64,000 nucleotides of DNA. Source: a virus. The position numbers were made by a program, and so were the translations under genes. The notes under the pieces were generated by a model. It was not told the DNA's origin, ran no database searches, and was given only the letters and a program-made list of their open reading frames with translations. This document shows, one piece after another, positions 28,917 through 37,088 of this stretch. Every line of letters starts with the position of its first letter. Within the stretch, counting starts at the first letter, position 1. Where the stretch lies: IMG/VR virus record IMGVR_UViG_3300029319_007985, positions 108,390 through 172,389 of that record. One strand, given 5' to 3'.

Positions 28917-29108
28917 ATGGCAAAAAAACAAGCAAAAGGATTATCACTTAGGATTTCACTCGATGAATACGAGGCCTTGCGAGAACAAGCAAAAATAAAT
29001 GACAAGGTAATAACAGATCCAGATTTAATAAACACGATTGATAAAATCGAAGAACTAGTAGCAAAATTAAGAAAGCGTATTGTTAGAAAGGATATCTACG
29101 AAGCATGA
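28917..29108 (+). CDS. Small hypothetical protein, possibly ribbon-helix DNA-binding
   Basis: LSLRISLDEYEALREQA. Confidence 0.5.
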   Translation: MAKKQAKGLSLRISLDEYEALREQAKINDKVITDPDLINTIDKIEELVAKLRKRIVRKDIYEA

Positions 29109-29497
29109 GTAATATAGCAGGAAAAATTTGGGGCCAAACAGAATTAATACACAAAAATGGTGTTCTAGAATTCCACAGGATAGACTATAAAGCAGGATAC
29201 AAATGTTCTGAACACGAACACAAATATAAATGGAATGGATTCTTTGTTGAATCAGGGAAAATGCTTGTAAGAGTATGGCAAGACGATCAAGGTCTTGTAG
29301 ATGAAACAATTTTGAATGCAGGAGACTTCACACAGGTTAAGCCAGGTAAAGTGCATCAGTTTGAAGGACTTGAAGATGGTGTTGCTTTTGAACTGTATTG
29401 GGCAGAGTTCAACCACGATGACATTGTGAGAAGGACTTCAGGCACAGTTGTTGATAACAAGGTTGTTAGACTAGATACAAAAAAATCTAAGAAATAA
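29105..29497 (+). CDS. Cupin-fold protein
   Basis: CSEHEHKYKWNGFFVESG and KPGKVHQF. Confidence 0.7.
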   Translation: MSNIAGKIWGQTELIHKNGVLEFHRIDYKAGYKCSEHEHKYKWNGFFVESGKMLVRVWQDDQGLVDETILNAGDFTQVKPGKVHQFEGLEDGVAFELYWAEFNHDDIVRRTSGTVVDNKVVRLDTKKSKK

Positions 29498-29649
29498 TGA
29501 CCGAAGAAGAGTACTTGCAAACTTTTGTTCGAGAATACAAAGAAGAAATCGAATCAGAAAAAGAAAAAGCACGTCAAGAAAAAATAAGGCAAGGTAAATT
29601 TACCATTGAAGAAATACTACAAGCGATAGATGAAATTTATAGTTCTTAA
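29497..29649 (+). CDS. 50-aa acidic hypothetical protein, not in the ORF track
   Basis: Translated by hand (MTEEEYLQTF...); TAATG coupling. Confidence 0.5.
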   Translation: MTEEEYLQTFVREYKEEIESEKEKARQEKIRQGKFTIEEILQAIDEIYSS

Positions 29650-29678
29650 TAGACAAAATTTACATAATCGTGTATAAT
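29650..29678 (+). promoter_or_regulatory. sigma70-type promoter TAGACA-17-TATAAT
   Basis: ATG 29686 lies 7 nt downstream. Confidence 0.65.
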
Positions 29679-29685
29679 AGTACAA

Positions 29686-30573
29686 ATGGACAAACTAAGA
29701 TATTCGGAAATATTTTATAGTGTGCAAGGAGAAGGGCGTTTTGTTGGTGTGCCCAGTGTGTTCTTTAGGGTGTTTGGCTGTAACTTCAACTGCCATGGTT
29801 TTGGACAAGGCAGAGATGAATCAAAGTGGTTAAAGCCGGAAGAGATGCCATACATGACACAAGACTTGTCACACGTGAATCATGTGAGAGATTTGCCTGT
29901 GGTGGAGATAGGTTGTGATGCAAGTGCCAGTTGGAGTTCGAGATACAAACACTTGGTTGCTTGGGAATCGATCGACGACATCGCGAAAAAAATTACTGCG
30001 TACACGCCGAACAAAAAATGGACAAATGACAACGGCACAGACATACACTTTATCATCACTGGCGGTGAGCCAATGTTGTGGCAAAGAGAAACGCAGATAC
30101 TTCTAAGACAAAAAGAATTCAACAGTTTAAAAAACTTGACTATAGAAACAAACTGCACACAACCGTTCAAAGCAGGTTTCGATAAATTTTTACAAGGACT
30201 AGTAGCAGGAGATTATACCAAAGAACCAGTACACATCACTTGGTCAACTTCGCCAAAATTATCAATATCGGGAGAAGACTGGGATAAAGCAATAAAGCCT
30301 GAGGTTGCCAAACAATATTTTGATATACCCAACAGTCATTTGTATTTCAAGTTCGTAGTCCAGGATGAACAGGATCTAGCAGAGGTTGATAAGGCACGAG
30401 AAGAGTATAGCAAAGCAGGAGTTGATGCAGACATCTACTTAATGGCTGTAGGAGCAACTCAAGAAGGGCAGGCAAAAACAGCAAAGCAGGTGGCAGATGT
30501 GGCAATGAAGAATGGATACAAGTATTCTCCAAGACTGCATGTTGATTTATTTGGTAATAAGTGGGGCACATAA
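29686..30573 (+). CDS. queE: 7-carboxy-7-deazaguanine synthase (radical SAM)
   Basis: EIFYSVQGEG, FFRVFGCNFNC...GCD, ITGGEP, IETN, SPKL and RLHV. Confidence 0.88.
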   Translation: MDKLRYSEIFYSVQGEGRFVGVPSVFFRVFGCNFNCHGFGQGRDESKWLKPEEMPYMTQDLSHVNHVRDLPVVEIGCDASASWSSRYKHLVAWESIDDIAKKITAYTPNKKWTNDNGTDIHFIITGGEPMLWQRETQILLRQKEFNSLKNLTIETNCTQPFKAGFDKFLQGLVAGDYTKEPVHITWSTSPKLSISGEDWDKAIKPEVAKQYFDIPNSHLYFKFVVQDEQDLAEVDKAREEYSKAGVDADIYLMAVGATQEGQAKTAKQVADVAMKNGYKYSPRLHVDLFGNKWGT

Positions 30574-30577
30574 AAAC

Positions 30578-30606
30578 TTGAACATTGCTTTAAAATAAGA
30601 TATAAT
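30578..30606 (+). promoter_or_regulatory. sigma70-type promoter TTGAAC-17-TATAAT
   Basis: ATG 30613 lies 6 nt downstream. Confidence 0.6.
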
Positions 30607-30612
30607 ACTATT

Positions 30613-30933
30613 ATGAAAGTTAAAAAAACAAAAAACACAAAAGCAAAGGCTAAGACCAAAGGAAAGAAAAGCGAAGATCCAATGGTCAAGGTTATCAAAC
30701 TTCATGTGCAACCAGAAAATCCAAGGAATGGATTTTTTGAACTTGACTGGAATGATGAATTTGTTAACATGCTAAGACAGAGTGGTTATCAGGGAGAGTC
30801 ACAGGAAGAAGTTGTTGATCGTTGGTTTCAAACACTTTGCAGAACAGTTGGCAACGAACAAGGACTAGATGTGACTGGTGCTGGATATGTACAAATCAAT
30901 AGAAGAGACGACGGCAAAACTGAAGTCTCTTAA
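30613..30933 (+). CDS. Hypothetical phage protein
   Basis: GFFELDWNDEFV...VVDRWF motif. Confidence 0.6.
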   Translation: MKVKKTKNTKAKAKTKGKKSEDPMVKVIKLHVQPENPRNGFFELDWNDEFVNMLRQSGYQGESQEEVVDRWFQTLCRTVGNEQGLDVTGAGYVQINRRDDGKTEVS

Positions 30934-31906
30934 TTTTGTTTTAATTTTTGAAAGTAAAAAAACTAAAAACAAAATAAACATTCAATTCAATAACAAGACT
31001 ATTTCAAGTCGCACAGACATAAGCATCACAGACATAGGGCAAAAAGTTAATCTCAAATTCAGTGGATTCGTGCCTAATGATCCAGAACAAAAAATTTTAT
31101 GTTTTTTGTTATACCAGAATAGAATTTTATCCATCAAAAACATAGCAAATTTTTCGGTACAAGGTAATCAGTATGTTGAAGATAAAATACTTTATGACTG
31201 TGACCAAATAAATTTTAACGGAACCTTAACAATTACTTTCACAAAGCACTGGATAGAACACAATATTTTAAATGGCGCATATCTTGAAAATTTTGTAAAT
31301 TGGGAATATCCTAAATTTACAGATGAAAAAGTCTTTTGCTTTGGAGACAGTTGGACAGCAGGACACGGAGTTGGAGCAGATGAGACATGGCCAAGCATAC
31401 TTGATGCAAAGTCTTTTAATTTTGGATCAAAGGGACTAAGCCATGATGGGATATGTAAAAATGTTGCCTACGTACTGAAGAAAAGCAGACACGTTGACAC
31501 AGTAATATGTTTATTTCCAGGTGCCACCAGGAAATTGTTAACATTTGAATGCCTTGACAAAAAAGGACATATACCTATCGGTATGCAGACCCCATGGGAA
31601 CTGCCAACTGAATATCGTGATTATGTAGCGGAGGCAAGGAAATTGATTATGGATAAAGAATATATTACAAATGACTGGATAGAATCTGTAGAAAAAGTTT
31701 CAGAGATGTGCAAAGACCAAAATGTGAAATGTTGGATATCGACTTGGTCAGATGAGTTACATAACTTTATTCCTGCTGAAAATAAATTACCAAGTTTTCC
31801 AAGTTTAGATACTTTCATGGATAGGGCAAAAGATGGTAAACATCCACACAAAAAACACTACGATCTGTTTGTAAAACTTATAAAACCATACATAGACAAA
31901 AATTAA
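30878..31906 (+). CDS. Beta-domain plus SGNH-like protein (paralog of 3040..4020); start uncertain
   Basis: NQYVED...NFNGTLT; FGDSWTAG; DGKHP. Confidence 0.65.
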   Translation: MLDMYKSIEETTAKLKSLNFVLIFESKKTKNKINIQFNNKTISSRTDISITDIGQKVNLKFSGFVPNDPEQKILCFLLYQNRILSIKNIANFSVQGNQYVEDKILYDCDQINFNGTLTITFTKHWIEHNILNGAYLENFVNWEYPKFTDEKVFCFGDSWTAGHGVGADETWPSILDAKSFNFGSKGLSHDGICKNVAYVLKKSRHVDTVICLFPGATRKLLTFECLDKKGHIPIGMQTPWELPTEYRDYVAEARKLIMDKEYITNDWIESVEKVSEMCKDQNVKCWISTWSDELHNFIPAENKLPSFPSLDTFMDRAKDGKHPHKKHYDLFVKLIKPYIDKN

Positions 31907-31921
31907 GACCTATGTTATAAT
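31893..31921 (+). promoter_or_regulatory. sigma70-type promoter TAGACA-17-TATAAT (extended TG)
   Basis: ATG 31927 lies 5 nt downstream. Confidence 0.65.
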
Positions 31922-31926
31922 ATGGT

Positions 31927-32910
31927 ATGACACACATACTTGTAGATACGGCTAATACTTTTTTCAGAGCAAGACACGTTATCAGAGGTGATACATCGGA
32001 AAAAATTGGTATGGCCATTCATATCACCATGAACTCAATTAAGAAAGCGTGGGCAGACTTTGATGGTACACATTTAGTTTTTTGTTTGGAGGGGAGATCT
32101 TGGCGTAAGGATCATTATGCTCCTTACAAAAGAAATAGGAAGGACGCCATTGAAGCAATGAGTCCGCTAGAAAAAGAAGAAAATGAAGTGTTTTGGGAGT
32201 GCTATGATGACTTTGTAAAATTTCTAAAAGAAAAGACAAACGCAACAGTTTTACAAAATCCCCGAGCAGAAGCAGATGATTTGATAGCAAGATGGATTGA
32301 TAGACATCCTGAACAAAAACACGTAATATTGAGCACAGATAAGGATCTAAACCAGTTAGTAAATTCAAGAGTGAAGCAATATAATGGTGTTACAGAACAA
32401 ACAATCACCCATGAGGGATGGTTCGACAAAAAAGGAAATCCTGTCATAGATAAAAAAACTAAGGAAGTCAAGAAAGCACCTGACCCTGAATGGATTTTAT
32501 TTGAAAAATCTATGAGAGGTGATCCAAGTGATAATATTTTTAGTGCATATCCAGGTGTGCGAACAAAGGGCACAAAAAATAAAATTGGCTTACTAGAAGC
32601 ATTTGCTGACAGGAATGCAAAAGGCTACACGTGGAATAACCTCATGTTAAGTAAATGGGTAGATGCTGAAGGAAAAGAACATAGGGTACTCGACGACTAC
32701 GAACGAAACAAACTTTTAGTAGATCTACATGCCCAGCCTACGCCGATAATAGAAGAACTTGACCAAACTATCGATCAGGCAAAGGCAGAAAACAAAAATA
32801 TAAGCCAAGTAGGAATAAGATTTATGAAATTTTGTGGCAAGTATGATCTACAAAGAATATCTGAACAAGCACAGTTATACGTAGAACCATTTAATGCGAG
32901 ACTAATATGA
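31927..32910 (+). CDS. 5'-3' exonuclease / T4 RNase H-like flap nuclease
   Basis: LVDTAN, SWRKDHYAPYKRNR, EADD, STDKD and GDPSDNI. Confidence 0.9.
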   Translation: MTHILVDTANTFFRARHVIRGDTSEKIGMAIHITMNSIKKAWADFDGTHLVFCLEGRSWRKDHYAPYKRNRKDAIEAMSPLEKEENEVFWECYDDFVKFLKEKTNATVLQNPRAEADDLIARWIDRHPEQKHVILSTDKDLNQLVNSRVKQYNGVTEQTITHEGWFDKKGNPVIDKKTKEVKKAPDPEWILFEKSMRGDPSDNIFSAYPGVRTKGTKNKIGLLEAFADRNAKGYTWNNLMLSKWVDAEGKEHRVLDDYERNKLLVDLHAQPTPIIEELDQTIDQAKAENKNISQVGIRFMKFCGKYDLQRISEQAQLYVEPFNARLI

Positions 32911-33695
32911 ATGTAGGTTTCATAGGGTTGGGCACAGTTGGCGCCTGCATAGCCAAGGCATTACTTAGACGTGGATACGAATTAACAGTTTTTAATAGGA
33001 CAGTTTCAAAAGCAAAAAAATTTGCTAAGAAACATTACTGCAATTTCGTCTACACTATCGAAGAACTTTGCTGTGCAGAGAAAATTATTTTTATATGTGT
33101 TGATACTGAGGAGTCTGTAAAACAAATTTCTTCTGAATTAAAAAAGCATCTTAAACCAAAATCTATAGTTATAGATCATAGCACAATTAATTTTGAGATT
33201 TCAAAACGATTACACGCCGACTTTAAAAAGCATAAAATTAGTTTTTTAGATGCTCCTGTGACTGGCGGAGAAGAAGGCGCTGGAAAACAGATTGGCGGAG
33301 TAATGGTTGGTGGGGACAGAAAAACATTTAAAGCAGTTGAGGAAATGATTAGATCCTATTCTAAGACCGTTGAATATATGGGACCATCTGGACAAGGACA
33401 ATTAACCAAGATTGCAAATCAGATATGTAGTTTTAACACAAAACAAGGAATATTTGAAGCATTGGACTTTGCAAATAGATGTAAGTTGGATAGGCAGAAA
33501 CTTATAAAAATATTGCTAAGTGGCTCAGCACAAAGCCTGCAATTACGTAAAAATAAAAAATTCATTCAAAAGAAAGTTTTTGAAAAATTAAGGCCACACG
33601 CACGAAAAGAAATTGGTATTACAATAAAAAATGCAAATAAGAAAAAAATACGGTTGCTATGCACAGAACAAATTGCTAAAATAATAAAAACATGA
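32907..33695 (+). CDS. NAD(P)-dependent beta-hydroxyacid dehydrogenase (MmsB/GarR family)
   Basis: GFIGLGTVG, FNRT, DHST, DAPVTGG and KIANQ. Confidence 0.85.
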   Translation: MNVGFIGLGTVGACIAKALLRRGYELTVFNRTVSKAKKFAKKHYCNFVYTIEELCCAEKIIFICVDTEESVKQISSELKKHLKPKSIVIDHSTINFEISKRLHADFKKHKISFLDAPVTGGEEGAGKQIGGVMVGGDRKTFKAVEEMIRSYSKTVEYMGPSGQGQLTKIANQICSFNTKQGIFEALDFANRCKLDRQKLIKILLSGSAQSLQLRKNKKFIQKKVFEKLRPHARKEIGITIKNANKKKIRLLCTEQIAKIIKT

Positions 33696-34198
33696 CAATA
33701 AATGCAAAAACATTAGTAAAAGATAAATTTTGGATACTTGAGGAGAATGGTAGTAAACTTGGCACTCTACAGAAAAAAGATGGTAATGGATGGATCTTTT
33801 TAAGTAAGCAAGACCAAAGGCAAGTTTTCCATACGCCGGAGAGCCTTAGAGAAAAATTTGGTATTGATATCTTTACAGTAGAACCAAAAATTGAAGAACC
33901 AGTTGAGCAAGAACAAAACTTGTTTGTACATGGTTATCCAGTTTCACAGAAGCCTTTCAATCCAATGTTCGATGTGCAGAAACAATTGCCAATTTATTCA
34001 AAGACACAAAAAAGTAAAAGTTTGTTTTGCGCAGGATACTACATCATTTGCTTTGAAAAAGGCTGGAGGAAGGCCTACTGTCCGAAACTAATTACTTTAC
34101 AACGTTATCCTTATAAAGGACCTATGAAAACAAAACTAGAAATGCAACAAATATTAAACAATGCAATCAAAGAACAAAATACAAACACGTCCAATTGA
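33692..34198 (+). CDS. Hypothetical phage protein
   Basis: SKSLFCAGYY...CPKLITLQRY motif. Confidence 0.6.
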   Translation: MTINAKTLVKDKFWILEENGSKLGTLQKKDGNGWIFLSKQDQRQVFHTPESLREKFGIDIFTVEPKIEEPVEQEQNLFVHGYPVSQKPFNPMFDVQKQLPIYSKTQKSKSLFCAGYYIICFEKGWRKAYCPKLITLQRYPYKGPMKTKLEMQQILNNAIKEQNTNTSN

Positions 34199-34415
34199 AG
34201 ATTTTATTGGACAAGTGAGAACTGCTAAAAGCGGACAACAGAAACAAATCACTTTGCCTATTAAAGAAGCAGAAAAACTTGCTGACAGTCTTGCCCAGAC
34301 AATGACTAGACTAGCAGGAATCCAAGAAGAAATAATTGAAGCATATAAATCTGTCCAGCAGACACAGAACGTCAACGTCGAAATGGATGGTGGCAATTTT
34401 AAAAGTGAAAAATAA
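34161..34415 (+). CDS. Hypothetical protein
   Basis: Ends VEMDGGNF; coupled to neighbours. Confidence 0.55.
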   Translation: MQSKNKIQTRPIEDFIGQVRTAKSGQQKQITLPIKEAEKLADSLAQTMTRLAGIQEEIIEAYKSVQQTQNVNVEMDGGNFKSEK

Positions 34416-34926
34416 TATCCAAATCGTATTACACAAAGGTGGTTTTGCAGGAGATTTAGTCACTGCATTGTACGACCAAACTGCCCTACTTAATTTAAAC
34501 AGCACTGGAAAAATTAGTCTACGTCCTGAAAGAACACTGTTGCAACAAGAAAATCAATTGTCACTAGATGAAAAAAACAGTTTACTTGAACAACAAAAAG
34601 TTCTAAGTGTGTGTGATCCTGAGTTCAGTTTGTTACATCAGAAAGGCACATTGTTTTTGTACAGCAGTGATAAGAAAATGACAGATTTCTTTTGCCATAG
34701 GTTTGCAAAACACAATCCAGAATACTTTAAATCAGTCACAATAAGTGAATACTCAGACGAACATGACAAATGGAGAGACTTCTGGATTAATAAGTTTACC
34801 CACAAGTTGGATATGTCTAAGATTTTTGAAGATTATTTTCTAGATAATATGCCCTTTATGTCAAAAGATGACACCAAAGTTACTTTATTTGAAAATTGGA
34901 AAAAGTTAAACAGCATTCTCCAGTAA
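34405..34926 (+). CDS. Hypothetical protein
   Basis: Probable GTG start at 34405; GGFAGD motif. Confidence 0.45.
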   Translation: MKNNIQIVLHKGGFAGDLVTALYDQTALLNLNSTGKISLRPERTLLQQENQLSLDEKNSLLEQQKVLSVCDPEFSLLHQKGTLFLYSSDKKMTDFFCHRFAKHNPEYFKSVTISEYSDEHDKWRDFWINKFTHKLDMSKIFEDYFLDNMPFMSKDDTKVTLFENWKKLNSILQ

Positions 34927-35736
34927 TTTTTTTACTCCAAAAAGTTCTGCCCTATCAATGCTAAATGCGGCATGTATTATATTACTAGGCCTTAATTTCA
35001 ACTCCTTGCAAATTGTATCATACTTAGATTTGAATTTAGTAATTAAATGGTCAAGTTCAAAATTATCTAGATAAAGACAACCTATTTGGTATGAAATTTT
35101 TGGGATCATACCAGATTTATTCATAATTGATATACTGTCTTTGTTATCAGTCTGCTTACTCCACCTTACTCCGATCCTGTTCCAACCCATGCAATATGCT
35201 TTACTAAGGCTCATTGCTATTGACTTTATACAATCATATGACACGTTGTAAGTCACATTGAATGAAGCAGGAAGCCATGAACCATCTAAATGAACTTCTA
35301 CTCCTAGTGCTTGACACTTGTTCATAATTTCAGCAAATTGCTTGTGTGGACCCAGGTGACCAGGAAATGGCATGGCCATTAAAAGTGGCTTGTCTGCACT
35401 AAGGGTATCAATGTTTGTATACGTTATATCAGGTTTAAGCCTTTTGTAGTAGTTGTAGTCGTGTTCAAATATCTGTAAATTTTCTATGTTATACTTTAAC
35501 AACAGGTTATCGATAAAATGATGACATCCAATAATTAGATCTTTATGATCAAACTTGTCAAGTCCTTGTATTTCCACAGATTTGTATTGCTTGATTCTCG
35601 CTTGAAATTTTTCTATAAAGTCATTCTTGGTATAATGTCCTATTTGTTTATGAGATATCTGCTTCGCAAGTTCATCAAACTCTTTACAGTTTAAATTAGG
35701 TAAATGAAATGGTGTTAGTAAATCTTTATTCAACAT
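34906..35736 (-). CDS. PLP-dependent aminotransferase-like (fold type I) protein
   Basis: VHLDGSW and SLSKAYCMGWNRIG. Confidence 0.6.
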   Translation of the reverse strand: MLNKDLLTPFHLPNLNCKEFDELAKQISHKQIGHYTKNDFIEKFQARIKQYKSVEIQGLDKFDHKDLIIGCHHFIDNLLLKYNIENLQIFEHDYNYYKRLKPDITYTNIDTLSADKPLLMAMPFPGHLGPHKQFAEIMNKCQALGVEVHLDGSWLPASFNVTYNVSYDCIKSIAMSLSKAYCMGWNRIGVRWSKQTDNKDSISIMNKSGMIPKISYQIGCLYLDNFELDHLITKFKSKYDTICKELKLRPSNIIHAAFSIDRAELFGVKKLLENAV

Positions 35737-36307
35737 AGGTATGGATTACGAAACATTCTTTCGTTTTAAAATTGTTAAAATGACTACTACAATGGTCCAG
35801 TTCGCTTTTCCACCATATCATATCTAGCGGACTCCAATTAATAATTTCATCAATTTGCTTGTTTTCGAGTTGGACTGGCTGGCAATGACTTAGATGCTTC
35901 TTCCTATCTTGTTCAGAAACACTACTTGTGTCACTTCTAAAAAATACTGTAGATGCTAGGCTACAATTTTCAGGCCTGTTATCTACCGAAACAGGTATCA
36001 AACAACTTACAAAAGGTCTTCCTGTGGCATTGTTGGGCAAAGGTTTTAGGTCCGTGTGTATTGCGAAGGGTTTGGTAAAACTAGAATAGAAAGCAAAGAT
36101 AAGTTTCATATCCTCCTCAAAATAAGTTTGTATCTTTGAAAAGAAAAATTTTTTGAACCAAAGGTACGATGCTGTGTTGTTTATATCAATACCATAGCAC
36201 TTGTCACCAAGGTTACTCAATGTCGGTGTGTTTTTTAAAAAAATGTTTTTGAAATCATCTGCTTCTTTTTTGGTTAGAACATTTTTGATTTTGTTGAAAT
36301 TTTGCAT
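35726..36307 (-). CDS. 2OG-Fe(II) oxygenase-like protein
   Basis: IHTD...SCLIPV...LDHCS pattern (HxD...H). Confidence 0.45.
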   Translation of the reverse strand: MQNFNKIKNVLTKKEADDFKNIFLKNTPTLSNLGDKCYGIDINNTASYLWFKKFFFSKIQTYFEEDMKLIFAFYSSFTKPFAIHTDLKPLPNNATGRPFVSCLIPVSVDNRPENCSLASTVFFRSDTSSVSEQDRKKHLSHCQPVQLENKQIDEIINWSPLDMIWWKSELDHCSSHFNNFKTKECFVIHTYVE

Positions 36308-36387
36308 ACTTGTATGTCTAATTATACACTAAAAACTGCCCAGCCAAAATATATTGCATACAATTTTTGGTAAATACTGTCACAATT

Positions 36388-36675
36388 ATGAGCAGACCAA
36401 AACCCACAGTGCTGTTGTCAGTCAGCAATAAAGATACCTACAAGCAGGAAGAAGTTCTAGCGGCAGAAGGCATATGGGCAGTTTTCTATGACGGCAAGCC
36501 AATTAATCTTAAATCAAGCAGTTTGGTCTCTAACTATCCTGGCCCAAAATATAAGAAAGTATCTTTCAGTAATCCAGGACACGCTGAAAACTTAGCAAAA
36601 AAACTAAACACACAACACAAGACAGACAAGTTCGCTGTATTCCTTTTAAAATCAGGCACCAAATTTACAAGATAA
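36388..36675 (+). CDS. Hypothetical phage protein (MSRPKP...)
   Basis: Start reassigned to 36388 after TAAATA 36371; GPKYKKVSFSNPGHA motif. Confidence 0.6.
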   Translation: MSRPKPTVLLSVSNKDTYKQEEVLAAEGIWAVFYDGKPINLKSSSLVSNYPGPKYKKVSFSNPGHAENLAKKLNTQHKTDKFAVFLLKSGTKFTR

Positions 36676-36683
36676 TTAAGTGT

Positions 36684-37079
36684 ATGGACACTAAAACTGC
36701 CTACACTCGCACCTTTATGGGCCTATTGGAACAGCCGATCCATGATGAAAGCGTCAAGACGAACTATTACACTTGGTGGCAAAATGTTCGTGAAAGTTAC
36801 CAGGCGAGAAGTCTTAGACTTACTAAAATTGGACTAGAAACAGTAGTAAAACTTGATATAAAAACTTACGAAATAAAGTTTCCAGATAAGATTATATTCA
36901 CGCCACAAACATACCTTTGGTTGGATGAATTTGTGGATTGTCCTTATTTTGTAGACAAAAAGAAGATAATAGTCACAATGGAAAAAATGGCATTGCAACT
37001 AATGATGTTTGCTGGAGATGTAACAAAATATGGCCTTGCACGAGCCATGAGTAAAATAGATGAACAAAAAAATCACTAA
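36684..37079 (+). CDS. Hypothetical phage protein
   Basis: WWQN...SLRLT motif. Confidence 0.6.
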   Translation: MDTKTAYTRTFMGLLEQPIHDESVKTNYYTWWQNVRESYQARSLRLTKIGLETVVKLDIKTYEIKFPDKIIFTPQTYLWLDEFVDCPYFVDKKKIIVTMEKMALQLMMFAGDVTKYGLARAMSKIDEQKNH

Positions 37080-37088
37080 TTTGTTATA

